A stretch of 63,877 bases of DNA, the filler included, from Octopus bimaculoides (lineage: Eukaryota): the NCBI RefSeq assembly GCF_001194135.2. It is 4 parts of 4 records of this genome, joined end to end, with 100 filler letters (N's around TTAATTAATTAA, not from the genome) between each part and the next. Parts side by side here need not be neighbours in the genome. Positions count along the whole stretch, not along the records: positions 27,059 to 51,918 come from NC_068990.1; 3 more parts are not named here. The stretch is one strand, 5' to 3'. The notes beneath the pieces are model-generated. The model worked only from the letters and a program-made list of their open reading frames with translations. It made no database searches and was not told the DNA's origin. Positions 38,320-49,324 of this stretch are shown piece after piece (the first letter of the stretch is position 1; every line of letters begins with the position of its first letter). The position numbers were made by a program, and so were the translations under genes.

Positions 38320-39073
38320 ACCTGTGTGTTTAAAAGATGGACTCGTCTGATTGTTATATCGTTGATGACGTCAGAGGGTGTTTTTGAATCTTGCATTTTG
38401 CTAAGTAAAAAATAAAAAGTACGTCTTGTGATGACATTAATTTTATCTCCACTTCATTAAATTATATATCCAAACGTTTTAAGGATATAAAAGTGGCGAT
38501 GAGATATTCGAAGCTTGCGCCAGGCGTTCAAATTTTTTTGGTACGAAATCAAAGAAAAATATCATTTACATGGAAAACTTATTGGCTTGCCTGGTGCAGT
38601 TGCAACAGCAACAACAGCAGTTACAATAACAACTACAACAGCAACAATACCAACAGTTGCTGGAATTAATGATGAAGAAGTCTGAAAGTACTTCATGTTC
38701 ATTCTCACCAGTCGGCGTAGCAAACTCAATTGGAGAATTTATTTATAACTCAGGAAAAGGTACTACTTTTTCTGCATATTTTAGAAGATACGAAGAAATC
38801 TTAAAAATTGGAATGACGGGAAGGTGCGACTACTTTTAAGGAAGTTATCCCTTGCCTAACATGAAAAAAAATGTACTTATATTCTCCCAAAGAAACTAGG
38901 TGAGATTTGTTTCAATGAAACAATTGATTTTTTGTCAAAAATTTTCAAAAGAAGTTCCTCTTCACTACTCACTTGCAGCGTTTAGATTTAGTTTAAAAAG
39001 ATGATGAAAATTTCATCACCTATGCTGGGATTGTTAACAGACAGTGTGAAAAATTCATATTAAATGAATTAAC
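38320..39073 (+). mobile_element. Ty3/gypsy LTR retrotransposon 5' remnant (LTR-like, PBS-like, gag), ending at a SINE
   Basis: PBS-like TGGCGATGAG at 38494; broken gag FSPVGVANSIGEFIYNSGKGTTFSAYFRRYEEI...KVRLLLRKLS...YILPKKLGEICFNETIDFLSKIF...FITYAGIVNRQCEKFILNELT. Confidence 0.75.
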
Positions 39074-39529
39074 GCAGGAGTGGCTGTGTGGTAAGTAGCT
39101 TGCTTACCAACCACATGGTTCTGGGTTCGGCACCTTGGGCAAGTGTCTTCTACTATAGCCTCGGGCCGACCAAAGCNNNNNNNNNNGGTTCTGGGTTCGG
39201 CACCTTGGGCAAGTGTCTTCTACTATAGCCTCGGGCCGACCAAAGCCTTGTGAGTGGATTTGGTAGACGGAAACTGAAAGAAGCCCGTCGTATATATGTA
39301 TATGTGCGTGTATATGTTTGTGTGTCTGTGTTTGTCTCCCCTGCATCGCTTGACATCCAATGCTGGTGTGTTTACATCGTCGTAACTTAGCGGTTCGGCA
39401 AAAGAGACCGATAGAATAAGTACTAGGCTTCCAAAGAATAAGTCCTGGGGTTGACTTGCTCGACTAAAGGTGGTGCTCGAGCATGGCCGCAGTCAAATGA
39501 CTGAAACAAGTAAAAGAGTAAGAAGAGTA
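39074..39529 (+). mobile_element. SINE family A, near full length
   Basis: Head, core, (AT/GT)n spacer and AAGAGTA tail; contains a 60-bp duplication across a 10-N gap. Confidence 0.9.
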
Positions 39530-40544
39530 NNNNNNNNNNNNNNNNNNNNNNNNNNNNNNNNNNNNNNNNNNNNNNNNNNNNNNNNNNNNNNNNNNNNNNN
39601 NNNNNNNNNNNNNNNNNNNNNNNNNNNNNNNNNNNNNNNNNNNNNNNNNNNNNNNNNNNNNNNNNNNNNNNNNNNNNNNNNNNNNNNNNNNNNNNNNNNN
39701 NNNNNNNNNNNNNNNNNNNNNNNNNNNNNNNNNNNNNNNNNNNNNNNNNNNNNNNNNNNNNNNNNNNNNNNNNNNNNNNNNNNNNNNNNNNNNNNNNNNN
39801 NNNNNNNNNNNNNNNNNNNNNNNNNNNNNNNNNNNNNNNNNNNNNNNNNNNNNNNNNNNNNNNNNNNNNNNNNNNNNNNNNNNNNNNNNNNNNNNNNNNN
39901 NNNNNNNNNNNNNNNNNNNNNNNNNNNNNNNNNNNNNNNNNNNNNNNNNNNNNNNNNNNNNNNNNNNNNNNNNNNNNNNNNNNNNNNNNNNNNNNNNNNN
40001 NNNNNNNNNNNNNNNNNNNNNNNNNNNNNNNNNNNNNNNNNNNNNNNNNNNNNNNNNNNNNNNNNNNNNNNNNNNNNNNNNNNNNNNNNNNNNNNNNNNN
40101 NNNNNNNNNNNNNNNNNNNNNNNNNNNNNNNNNNNNNNNNNNNNNNNNNNNNNNNNNNNNNNNNNNNNNNNNNNNNNNNNNNNNNNNNNNNNNNNNNNNN
40201 NNNNNNNNNNNNNNNNNNNNNNNNNNNNNNNNNNNNNNNNNNNNNNNNNNNNNNNNNNNNNNNNNNNNNNNNNNNNNNNNNNNNNNNNNNNNNNNNNNNN
40301 NNNNNNNNNNNNNNNNNNNNNNNNNNNNNNNNNNNNNNNNNNNNNNNNNNNNNNNNNNNNNNNNNNNNNNNNNNNNNNNNNNNNNNNNNNNNNNNNNNNN
40401 NNNNNNNNNNNNNNNNNGTTTAAGCTGGACATTGTGGACAGGTGGAGGCTTCAAGTATTACAGGTGCTTCCCTTCCTTCTCAAATCAAATTCTGATATCT
40501 ATTAATTGTTATATCTCAATATCTATTGATTATTAATGTTCTTG

Positions 40545-40757
40545 CCAGTACCGCCTGACTGGCCTTCGTGCCAGTGGCACGTAAAAAGCACCCACTACAC
40601 TCTCTGAGTGGTTGGCGTTAGGAAGGGCATCCAGCTGTAGAAACTCTGCCAAATCAGATTGGAGGCTGGTGTTGCCATCCGGTTTCACCAGTCCTCAGTC
40701 AAATCGTCCAACCCATGCTAGCATGGAAAGCAGACGTTAAACGATGATGATGATGAG
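40545..40757 (+). mobile_element. Family-B 3' end, well preserved
   Basis: Nearly identical to 27059-27258; (GAT)n tail. Confidence 0.9.
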
Positions 40758-40944
40758 TGACTTGATCAGTTCATTACTCAGTGGCAACTTAGTACGCCTG
40801 CCTGAACAACCTCACCTATTTCAATGTCTTGATTTACCATCATTTCTTTACAGCCATTATTAATGTCTCACTATGAGATAACTTCATGTTCATGAATTTA
40901 CTAATTCCTCTCTTTTTTTTTGGCTTTTATTTTATTCATTGTAG

Positions 40945-41101
40945 TCTTTTAGCTTTGGGCTTTGAACAGTTCCGTCATGTGAATTCATTTAAAAGGTGTA
41001 TGTACATCAGACAGTTATTATTACCCTGCCGAACTGAAAAGCAAATCAGGGCACGGCTAAAAAACCTTCGTTCCAAAAGAGCTGTTGATAACCCTGTCAA
41101 G
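40945..41101 (+). CDS. GON4L: GON4L-like exon H (157 nt, phase 2 to 0)
   Basis: ttgtag|(N)LLALGFEQFRHVNSFKRCMYIRQLLLPCRTEKQIRARLKNLRSKRAVDNPVK|gtaagt. Confidence 0.93.
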
Positions 41102-41242
41102 GTAAGTGCTTTGATAACAGATTTACATAAGATTGTGAAATAGCGGAGAGAGAGAAAGAGAGAAAAGTAAGACTGAAAAATAAGATTTTTTGTCTTTTAA
41201 ATAGTTTACTGGTTAAGACCTTTAGAAAAAGTATAGCTAAAT

Positions 41243-41410
41243 GCAGGAGTGGCTGTGTGGTAAGTAGCTTGCTTACCAACCATATGGTTCTGGGTTCAGT
41301 CCCACTGCGTGGCACTTTGGGCAAGTGTCTTCTACTATAGCCTCGGGCCGACCAAAGCCTTGTGAGTGGATTTGGTAGACGGAAACTGAAAGAAGCCTGT
41401 CGTATATATG

Positions 41411-41441
<31 letters not shown>

Positions 41442-41655
41442 TTGTGTGTCTGTATTTGTCCCCCCACCATCGCCTGACAACCAATGCTGGTGTGTTTACG
41501 TCCCCATAACTTAGCGGTTCAGCAAAAAGAGACCAATAGAATAAGTACTAGGCTTACAAAGAATAAGTCCTGGGGTCGATTTCCTCGACTAAAGGCGGTG
41601 CTCCAGCATGGCCGCAGTCAAATGACTGAAACAAGTAAAAGAGTAAAAGAGTAAA
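41243..41655 (+). mobile_element. SINE family A, full length
   Basis: GCAGGAGTGGCTGTGTGGTAAG (A-box-like), GGGTTCAGTCCC (B-box-like), core, (AT)n, tail AAAAGAGTAAAAGAGTA. Confidence 0.92.
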
Positions 41656-42582
41656 TGCAGTTATAAGTTACCGTATTGAATTTTGATCTTAATCGTGATT
41701 ATGCACATGAAAACAATTGTATCCTTGGGTTCTTTGTACAAAATCTGGTACAAGGAATAATTGAATCTGTATTGTTTTGATGGTAACAGTTACCAGCAGT
41801 GTAAGGGTCTTTTGTGTACCATTCTTGAATCTCAAAAAACTTTTAATCATCTAAACGTGTTTTTCAAATGACATCATTTGGAAGCAAAATTGTCAGGGAA
41901 AATGGGTTTATGCTGACTTTTAAGTTCCAGGACAAACTTATCACAGAATGAATTCTCTAAAGTTTTTAGAGAATAAAAAGCTAAAAGTTTTACATTTTAT
42001 TGGTGACATTCAAACGGATGCATGGTGTCACAACTCAGACTGTCCAAGTACAAAATTAGAACTAGTTTTGATGCTACAAGAAATATTTCACAGAAACAAT
42101 TCTGTCAGAAGATTCTGCTATTCTTTAGAATAGATTTCAATCAAATTGTCATCAATATTGACAAAAGACCAGAAGAAGAATGTGTCCATTGATTTAATGT
42201 TACTGAGTTTTAAAGAAAGTGGCAATTATTTTGGTTGATGAAGAACATGGCCAACATGATATTTTGAAGTGTTGTGACAGTGACGTCATCATCATCATCA
42301 TTGCCATCATCAAATTCATAAATAAAACTCCTCATTCATGCGATGCTTTGCAATATACCTTGCTTTTTGTCCACAAAGAAGATTGGTATCACTTTAGTAC
42401 TTTTTAGTTTGATGGAATCCCTTTCAAGAGAAATTATATCCTGTATTGATTGTGCTTATTGATTGATGATTTGAAGCAGTTGGTTCCCTAATGAAATATC
42501 TTGGTCTGTTTTAGTACTGTATAGTATATAGCTTTGTGTAAACTCTGTTGGTGTATTTAATTATGTATTTTGTGGTTTACAG

Positions 42583-42702
42583 GTTGTTGCACAAACTATG
42601 AAACTACCTGATGACTTTCCCACTGCGACACTGAGTCAAGCTCAAAGCTTCTTATCTCCTGAGGGAAGTTCACCTCACCCAGATGCTCCAAACTGGTACA
42701 AA
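42583..42702 (+). CDS. GON4L: GON4L-like exon I (120 nt, phase 0 to 0)
   Basis: ttacag|VVAQTMKLPDDFPTATLSQAQSFLSPEGSSPHPDAPNWYK|gtaagt. Confidence 0.88.
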
Positions 42703-43291
42703 GTAAGTTGAATTAACTGAATACTTTTTAACAATACTTTTTTCTAAATATTAGGAAAAGATCTCAGACTAATGTAATACATGTTAGGGGACAGAACAGT
42801 TTATAAAAGGAAGTGACCTCATGATGAGTAAGTCTCCCTCCTAAGAAAAGCTGCCAGTTGCAAGTGTCAGTCGTCCAGTTGAACCAATTAGTTATGTTTC
42901 ACAGTAACGAGATTTAGTTTCAGTTAAATATTTTGTCTGCTAGTTTAATTCATTCATTCACACTGTCTGCTTGTATATGTTTGCAAGTGTTAAATAAAAT
43001 TCCGTTGAGGCATTGATTTATAACCAGAAGCCTTTCCTTTTGTTAACTGTCACCTGTTTTTCAAGTAAAGGAGTTTTCATTCCATTTAACTTTTGAAAAC
43101 AACAGGAGGTACTGGCTGATATGTTGACCAGGAAATAACAACTGCTGCTGTCTTTAGGTTGGCAAATTTCTTTTTTTTTTTTTTGTCTTTTCTTTTACGG
43201 AATCGCAGAATGTGAACATGAACACAGACACATATATACATAGACTGTGTGTGCGTCTCAGCATGGAAAATGGATGTTAAATGACGATTCT

Positions 43292-43500
43292 GTTTACCAA
43301 ATGTACTCACAAGGCTTTGATCATCCCAAGGTTTTAGTGGAAGATATTTACATAAGGTACCATGCAGAAGAATTGAACCTGAAACCAGGTAATTACCAAG
43401 ATAACATCTTACATATGGCTTTGGTACATTGCACTGAGAATGAACCTGAAACCATGTGGTTGACAAGAGAACTTTCTAACCACACAGCCATGCCTGCATT
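43292..43500 (-). mobile_element. SINE family A head and core, CpG-depleted, partly duplicated internally
   Basis: TTACCAAATGTACTCACAAGGCTTTG...GAACCTGAAACCATGTGGTTG...AACCACACAGCCATGCCTGC. Confidence 0.8.
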
Positions 43501-43644
43501 TATATATATGTGTATATATATTGTATGTTCAGTGAAATAGTAAGTTTGTGGTGTGACATTTAATATTAGACTGTGTAATTACCATTTGATGGACATGTTT
43601 ATGAAGTGAGTTTCTATTTTTCTCTGTCTTGTGTTATTCTACAG

Positions 43645-43835
43645 TTGATAATTGATCCTCCGTCCGAAAAGACCTCGCTGCTAACACGGAAAGCTACTAA
43701 ACCCAACAGCCGTCGGAAGCAAGTTAAGAGTAAAAAACTAGTTGGAAGTAATCTACAAACATCGAAGGAGAAATTGGTCCTCTCGTCACCTCCTACTCTT
43801 GCAATAACTAGCGTTAACTTGGTACCAACTGATGC
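43645..43835 (+). CDS. GON4L: GON4L-like exon J (191 nt, phase 0 to 2)
   Basis: ctacag|LIIDPPSEKTSLLTRKATKPNSRRKQVKSKK...VNLVPTD(A)|gtgagt; supported by splice signals and phase, not by conservation. Confidence 0.8.
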
Positions 43836-44639
43836 GTGAGTATTGAATCTGAAAATATGCTTATATCTTATAAATCTTTGATGTACACAACTACTACATA
43901 TCAATATTCTAACAATTCTTTCATCAGTTCTCTTGATTTTGGACAAAGTGTGCCTGGTTGCATGATGCAAAACCATCTATTTAAAGTGTTGTTATTTTAA
44001 CCTTTAATCCTAATTTTATGTAAAAATGTTATATTCCAAACACTAGCTTAATGATGGAGAGGTTAGTCTACACAGTTAGTAGAAATATAACTATGATGAT
44101 ATAATTATTATATCTGTAAATGATGTTGCATTTAACTTTTACAAAGTTTACGTTGTCTTTATGCCACTGTTTACTCCCTGTGGCTAATTCTAATCGTCAG
44201 CTCTCCTATTAGTATTTGAGAATATCAAATTTGCAAGGAGGACACTACAGTAAACTTGTTTAAACTCAGTGTTTTGCTAGAATTAATGAAAAGAGAATTT
44301 AAAAGTTTTCAAGATTTGATTTCACAATTTTGAAGCCCTGAACTAGTTGACCATATAACACTTAACCTATTTTCTATTGTTTTCATAAACTCGGTTTATG
44401 TCAGTTTAAATGTTTATTTATCAAGTGGCTTCCCANNNNNNNNNNNNNNNNNNNNNNNNNACTCACCCTCTCTAATCCCCTGTCCACTTCACTATATACA
44501 TCTCTCTGTAACTTGGGTATATGTTCCCTGCCTTCTCCCTGTCACATTTCTACCATCTCCTCCCCTCATCTGAGTTAGCCATGGTCCTCTTCTAATGCAT
44601 GACGCCTTTTTCTATCCCTCAATGTTATTCCCTCTACCC

Positions 44640-44870
44640 CTAGTTGAGGGGTCTTTTCCTGCAAGTTACTTGCTGACCTCACTGCTGCTAATGCCATGTG
44701 AAAAGCACCCAGTACACTCTGTAAAGTGGTTGGTGTTAGGAAGGGCATCAAGCTGTAGAAATTATGCCAAATCAGACAGCAGAGCTTGGTGCAGTCTTCT
44801 GACTTGCCAGTTCTTGTCAAACTATCCTTCCCTGCCAGCATAGAAAACAGACATGAAATGATGATGATGG
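44640..44870 (+). mobile_element. Family-B 3' end
   Basis: AAAGCACCCAGTACACTCTGTAAAGTGGTTGGTGTTAGGAAGGGCATC...GAAATGATGATGATG. Confidence 0.8.
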
Positions 44871-45791
44871 TATAAATAATTCTTCCTGTCCCTTTTCTCA
44901 TTGCACTGTGTTCTTTAGTGAAGCATTTAACAGTACTTCTTCACTTTTTTTAATAATAACCTACCGGACAGCAGACCCTGGTTCCACAGGGTTTATTTTT
45001 AACCTGGCCTAAGAATGTCCTCTGGTTCCACTATATTAGACTGTCAGTTTTTCCTTTTCTGTTTTTTCCTCCCACTAATCCTGAGAGAGTTATGGGGGTA
45101 AAGTCCTCACACACCTCTTCCATAGGGTCTTATCAGAAGCAATTATTATTACACTTTCCAGTTGGATTTCTTGCTTTAATTAACCGAGACTATGAATATT
45201 ATCTAACCATCTTGATCTTCATCAAACCCCTAGACTCCTGCCAATTGGCTTGGCTTGAAGAATCCATCTTGTGATTATTTCTTGCAACATTCTAATCACA
45301 TATCCATAAAACTAGCACTGTTTTTTTATAAATGCAGAGACCTGGAGTAACTCCCTGATCCCTGAGCTATACACTCTGTCAAGTTATGTTACTACAGAAA
45401 TCCTTCATAGGAAGTCCATTTTGCTTGCTTGTATTTGCTGTTTTATGCTGCTTATATTTAACTGTCTTCAGTCCTAATTTTTTGTAAGAACGTTTTTGTT
45501 ATGTTTTAAACATCAGTTTTAAGATGAGTTGTTTTACTAAATCTCTCAAAAGTCTTGATTATTTTCGAAATTGATTAAACATACGAGCAGTACTTTTCAT
45601 TAGAAATTATTCACTAATGGTTTAAAATACTGTGACTAATTAAGAAATCCTTAATGTGATAATGTATGTGTGTATCATGGAACCTTGTTCAGATATTGAA
45701 GAACAGATATTGTATATGAATAGCAGTGGCAGCAAAGAAGTTTATTTGTATTTTCTTGATCTGATAGAATAAGCATTTAAATTGCCATTAA

Positions 45792-45999
45792 CCCTTTAGC
45801 CACATGTGGCCTAAATGCTCTACCTGTTTCATATTCAAACTGGCCAGATCTGGCTTCTCACACTTAGCCTACAATGTCATTCTAAAGATAAACTATCACA
45901 TCACTGAAACCTCAATGCTAGATGATAATGTATGATTAATTCAAAACAGTGTGTATGAATAAGCATTACGTTTGATAGAATGATCTGAATGTTAAAGAG
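45792..45999. mobile_element. piggyBac-type MITE (TTAA target), copy 2
   Basis: TTAA|CCCTTTAGC ... TGTTAAAGAG|TTAA; homologous to 29166-29380. Confidence 0.78.
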
Positions 46000-46138
46000 T
46001 TAAATCACACTTGATATTGTGAAAATCAAAAAATTCACATTAGATTGTATCTGGAAAAATTGTGATGTGGTTGACCTGGTGACAAACAAGAAGAGATGTC
46101 TAATAATGAAATTATCTTTTATTTTGATTCACTTTTAG

Positions 46139-46311
46139 CCAAGAAATTTCTCAGAATGTCCACCTGATGTGTGGAGGGACAACATCAGAAGTTATACTCT
46201 CAGATTTCCGTCCAGGTCAGCTGTCCTCTAGTGCCAACACTCCATCAAAGTTAGCTTCACCATTGGTCAGTTTTGAACAAAGGGATTCTTCACCAAATCC
46301 AGACAAATCAG
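46139..46311 (+). CDS. GON4L: GON4L-like exon K (173 nt, phase 2 to 1)
   Basis: ttttag|(A)QEISQNVHLMCGGTTSEVILSDFRPGQLSSSANTPSKLASPLVSFEQRDSSPNPDKS|gtgatc. Confidence 0.8.
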
Positions 46312-47570
46312 GTGATCATCATTTATGGTTTAATGTCCCATGATCCAGGCTGAGATGGGTTCAGTCAGTTAATTTATGTTTGTACTTTGTTTTTGGGATG
46401 GATGAAGTGATTAGTTTACTAAATATTGGGGCAAGTATTTCCACTATTGAATGGTTATCTCTTTAGCCATTTAACTGTGTAGAAGGACGGTGTCTGTTGT
46501 TGTTATACTGGCAGATGGAGGAAATCTCAAGAAGTTATATCACAAATTTTGAACTACTGTTCTTGTTAGTAGTTTTTAAAAACACCTTTGTTAATGGAGC
46601 CATTTTGTGGTTATTAGAAATAGCAGCCACATCTCTCTTAAATTATGTAGAAAAAGGACATTGTAGTCTGGAGTACACAATGCCTAGATAGAAAAAAAGT
46701 GATGGGTTGATCCCAGCTGAAATACCTTTGATCGTAGGTCTCAATCAGGTTTGATCTGGTGCTATAAAAAAAAACAACCTTTATTCATGTGTCTTGGTCA
46801 GTTTTGGACCTATTGAATAAGGTTTGCTAGAATTAGATTGTTTTTACATCTCTATTACAGTTATTTGCCTTATTCTTTGGCCTTCATCTCTTTCAATCAC
46901 CTCTTTTTGTTAAGTGCTCCACTATCATGCTACTACTACAATCATAGCATGTGTCCTGTGGGTGTTATGATGTGTTTTGTGTGTCAGTGATGGTGGTTGT
47001 GTGCTGTCATTCTGCTTGCACTGGTAATACATGTTAACAGGGAACTCTACAATTCCAGGCTAAATGTACCAAGTACTTTGTGGTGGTCTGCCATCAGAGA
47101 TATCAGCAGTTTGTGATCGTCAAAAGCTCCACTCCATTTCACCCCCAGTTATGGATTAAATAACCTCTTTGCTTTGTTCGAGATAACATCAGACCATTAT
47201 AGAAATATCAGAGTAGATCCCTGACACAAATATCTCAGTGTTACATTTGAGTTTGACAATTTTTCCAGTAACTTCTACAACCAAAACTAGTACCAAACAT
47301 ACTACCTTCCTCTCCTCAGATCACTACTTCATACATGGACAACCCAATGCCTTATAAACGTTTCTTTCCTCTCTTGTTTTTTTGTTTTCTCTTACCCCAG
47401 TGAAGACACTCTTTCTGTTATCTTCTAAAACTGACAGTGGCCACCATTGCTCACAATCACAGTAACTAAAGATAGTTTGTGGTGTGATAGAACTACAATA
47501 AATGTGATAATTGTAGTGGTGATGATAATGGTACCATTTTATCTTCAACTTTTTCTTTTCTTCTCTTCAG

Positions 47571-48411
47571 AATCACCAGACCATGTTGCCAGTAGTTCTA
47601 TCGATGTTATAGCGACAGTAGCCAGCCAGTTATTGTCAAATAGTAACCCTATTGTTAGTGCCAGAAACTCTGCTTTCATATCTGAAGCCTTAGCCAAGCA
47701 AAAAGAACTCCAGAAGACCCCAACCAAAAACCTGCTTCCTGTCTATGAAACTGTACAGTCAAAAGGACTTCTTTCAAGCAATAAATCTGCTGTTTTTAAG
47801 CACCTTGCACCCAAACCCCAACAGATTTCTCCGCCTGGTTGTCGGCAGATATCTCTGTGTTTGGAGAAGAAGCGCAACAGTCCTCGCAGGCAAAAGTTGC
47901 AACAAAAGGCACGTCTTATTTGTCCGAAAGGAGTTTTGATAAAACCTCACTTCTCACCCACCAGCATGGCAGCTTATGGACTCCGGAAGCGAGCAAAACG
48001 GTCACCACGAATGACTACAAGGAATGCTGAACCTCAAACCATTCTGCCTAAAAATGTTACCCAATCTCCAGGTCTTGAGAATGCTTGTTGTAACCTCAGT
48101 ACAAAACGGTTAAAGGAAGTATTGCCACTGAACCAAAGATCTTCAGTTTCTCTTAGACATTCAACAAATACTCTATCCAAAAATTTGAATGATTCCGGCA
48201 GCAGCGTTAAGAAAGATGACTGGTCGGGTCCAAAGACAGTAGAAAAATCTCCTGCTGCACCTACCAGTCAAACGGAAGACACTGATACAGCCGGTACTGC
48301 TAGCAGTGGGATAACCAGCGGGAGTTGTTGCCAGTCGGAGAATGAAAACTGTCTCTTGGAGAATGGTGATAGCCATATTGCAGATTTGATGGCGGCTAGC
48401 AGCACAATCGG
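47571..48411 (+). CDS. GON4L: GON4L-like exon L (841 nt, phase 1 to 2)
   Basis: cttcag|(E)SPDHVASSSIDV...FKHLAPKP...KKRNSPRRQK...ILPK...HIADLMAASSTI(G)|gtaaga; long open frame, S/P/K-rich. Confidence 0.88.
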
Positions 48412-48656
48412 GTAAGATTTCTTGACTTTGTTGTTCCTCTCCTGGAAAATTTGTGTAAAATGTCTTCTTTCAAGAGAATAATTTATTCTAACTGTTCACA
48501 CCTACAAGCTTTTGCTGTATTTAGAGATGTTTCTAGTGAATCTAAATATCCACTCTTCAGCAATAATTCAATATAAGAAATGATATTTTAAATGAGAGTT
48601 TTATATATATGTATATATATACATACAAATTTGTATATATATATATATATATATAT

Positions 48657-49010
48657 ATCATCATCATCATCATCGTTTAACGTCTGCTTTCCATGCTAGC
48701 ATGGGTTGGACGATTTGACTGAGGACTGGTGAAACCGGATGGCAACACCAGGCTCCAATCTAATTTGGCAGAGTTTCTACAGCTGGATGCCCTTCCTAAC
48801 GCCAACCACTCAGAGAGTGTAGTGGGTGCTTTTACGTGTCACCCGCACGAAAACGGCCACGCTCGAAATGGTGTCTTTTATGTGCCACCCGCACAAGAGC
48901 CAGTCCAGGGGCCCTGGCAACGATCTCACTTAGCTTGCCGGGTCTTCTCACGCACAGCACATTTCCAAAGGTCTCGGTCAGTAGTCATCGCCTCGGTGAG
49001 GCCCAATGTT
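48657..49010 (-). mobile_element. 5'-truncated RTE LINE: ORF2 C-terminus, 3' UTR (family B) and (GAT)n tail
   Basis: Minus 49010-48926 reads TLGLTEAMTTDRDLWKCAVREKTRQAK*, an RTE-like DR..W ending, directly upstream of the family-B sequence. Confidence 0.85.
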
Positions 49011-49184
49011 ATCTTCCAAGAGAGTTAGAAGTTGTGAATCCAACCAACTGAGGGATAATATCTATCCAATATACTGCTGGTAGAATACCCAATTATTAAT
49101 ACACAAGTGTTTTTTCATTGCATGGCAATTACATTACCGAGTGTAATAAATGGGTGAGGGCAAAAAGTTATTTTACCCTTAATT

Positions 49185-49305
49185 TATACAGCAATAAGAA
49201 AATGGAGGGGATTGAGAGGTGGTATTCATCAACTTTTAGGCATTATATTATGTCTATTTATTTATTTTTTAAAAAGACACTTCTAACAATATACATACAT
49301 GTATA
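49185..49305 (+). repeat. About 120-bp unclassified repeat, inverted partner at 51488-51608
   Basis: TATACAGCAATAAGAAAATGGAGGGGATTGAGAGGTGGTATTCATCAACTTTTAG...; only a few mismatches to the partner. Confidence 0.9.
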
Positions 49306-49324
49306 ACATATTATGCTTTACATA

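Larger units (their letters stand above)
27787..48411 (+). other. GON4L: GON4L-like gene, partial model of 12 coding exons (about 779 codons)
   Basis: Spliced peptide resembles the conserved GON4L/YY1AP1 region as I recall it: IARRTRSKLPL..APDITEDMYD..DW, DDDANDPEYNYL..DFRNDR.VR.SKKEL..LLDELF, HTQLLCQ, FSPAQDNLLALG..LLPCRTEKQI..RLKNL. All introns GT-AG with consistent phases. Confidence 0.9.

Noticed and set aside
39117-39246. Perfect 60-bp direct repeat inside SINE-A
   Set aside because: The copies sit on either side of a 10-N gap, typical of unmerged contig overlap.
39423-40454. ORFs over 300 aa spanning N runs (also 49398-50326, 61274-62202, 62948-63798)
   Set aside because: They are open only because Ns contain no stop codons.
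41243-41320. tRNA-like A/B boxes at SINE heads
   Set aside because: No complete cloverleaf; they are followed by SINE core and tail, so they are not tRNA genes.
47447-47570. Hydrophobic, TM-like N-terminus of the 322-aa ORF (similarly the hydrophobic flanks of the 27709, 36196 and 40886 ORFs)
   Set aside because: Intronic polypyrimidine or AT-rich sequence outside the splice sites.
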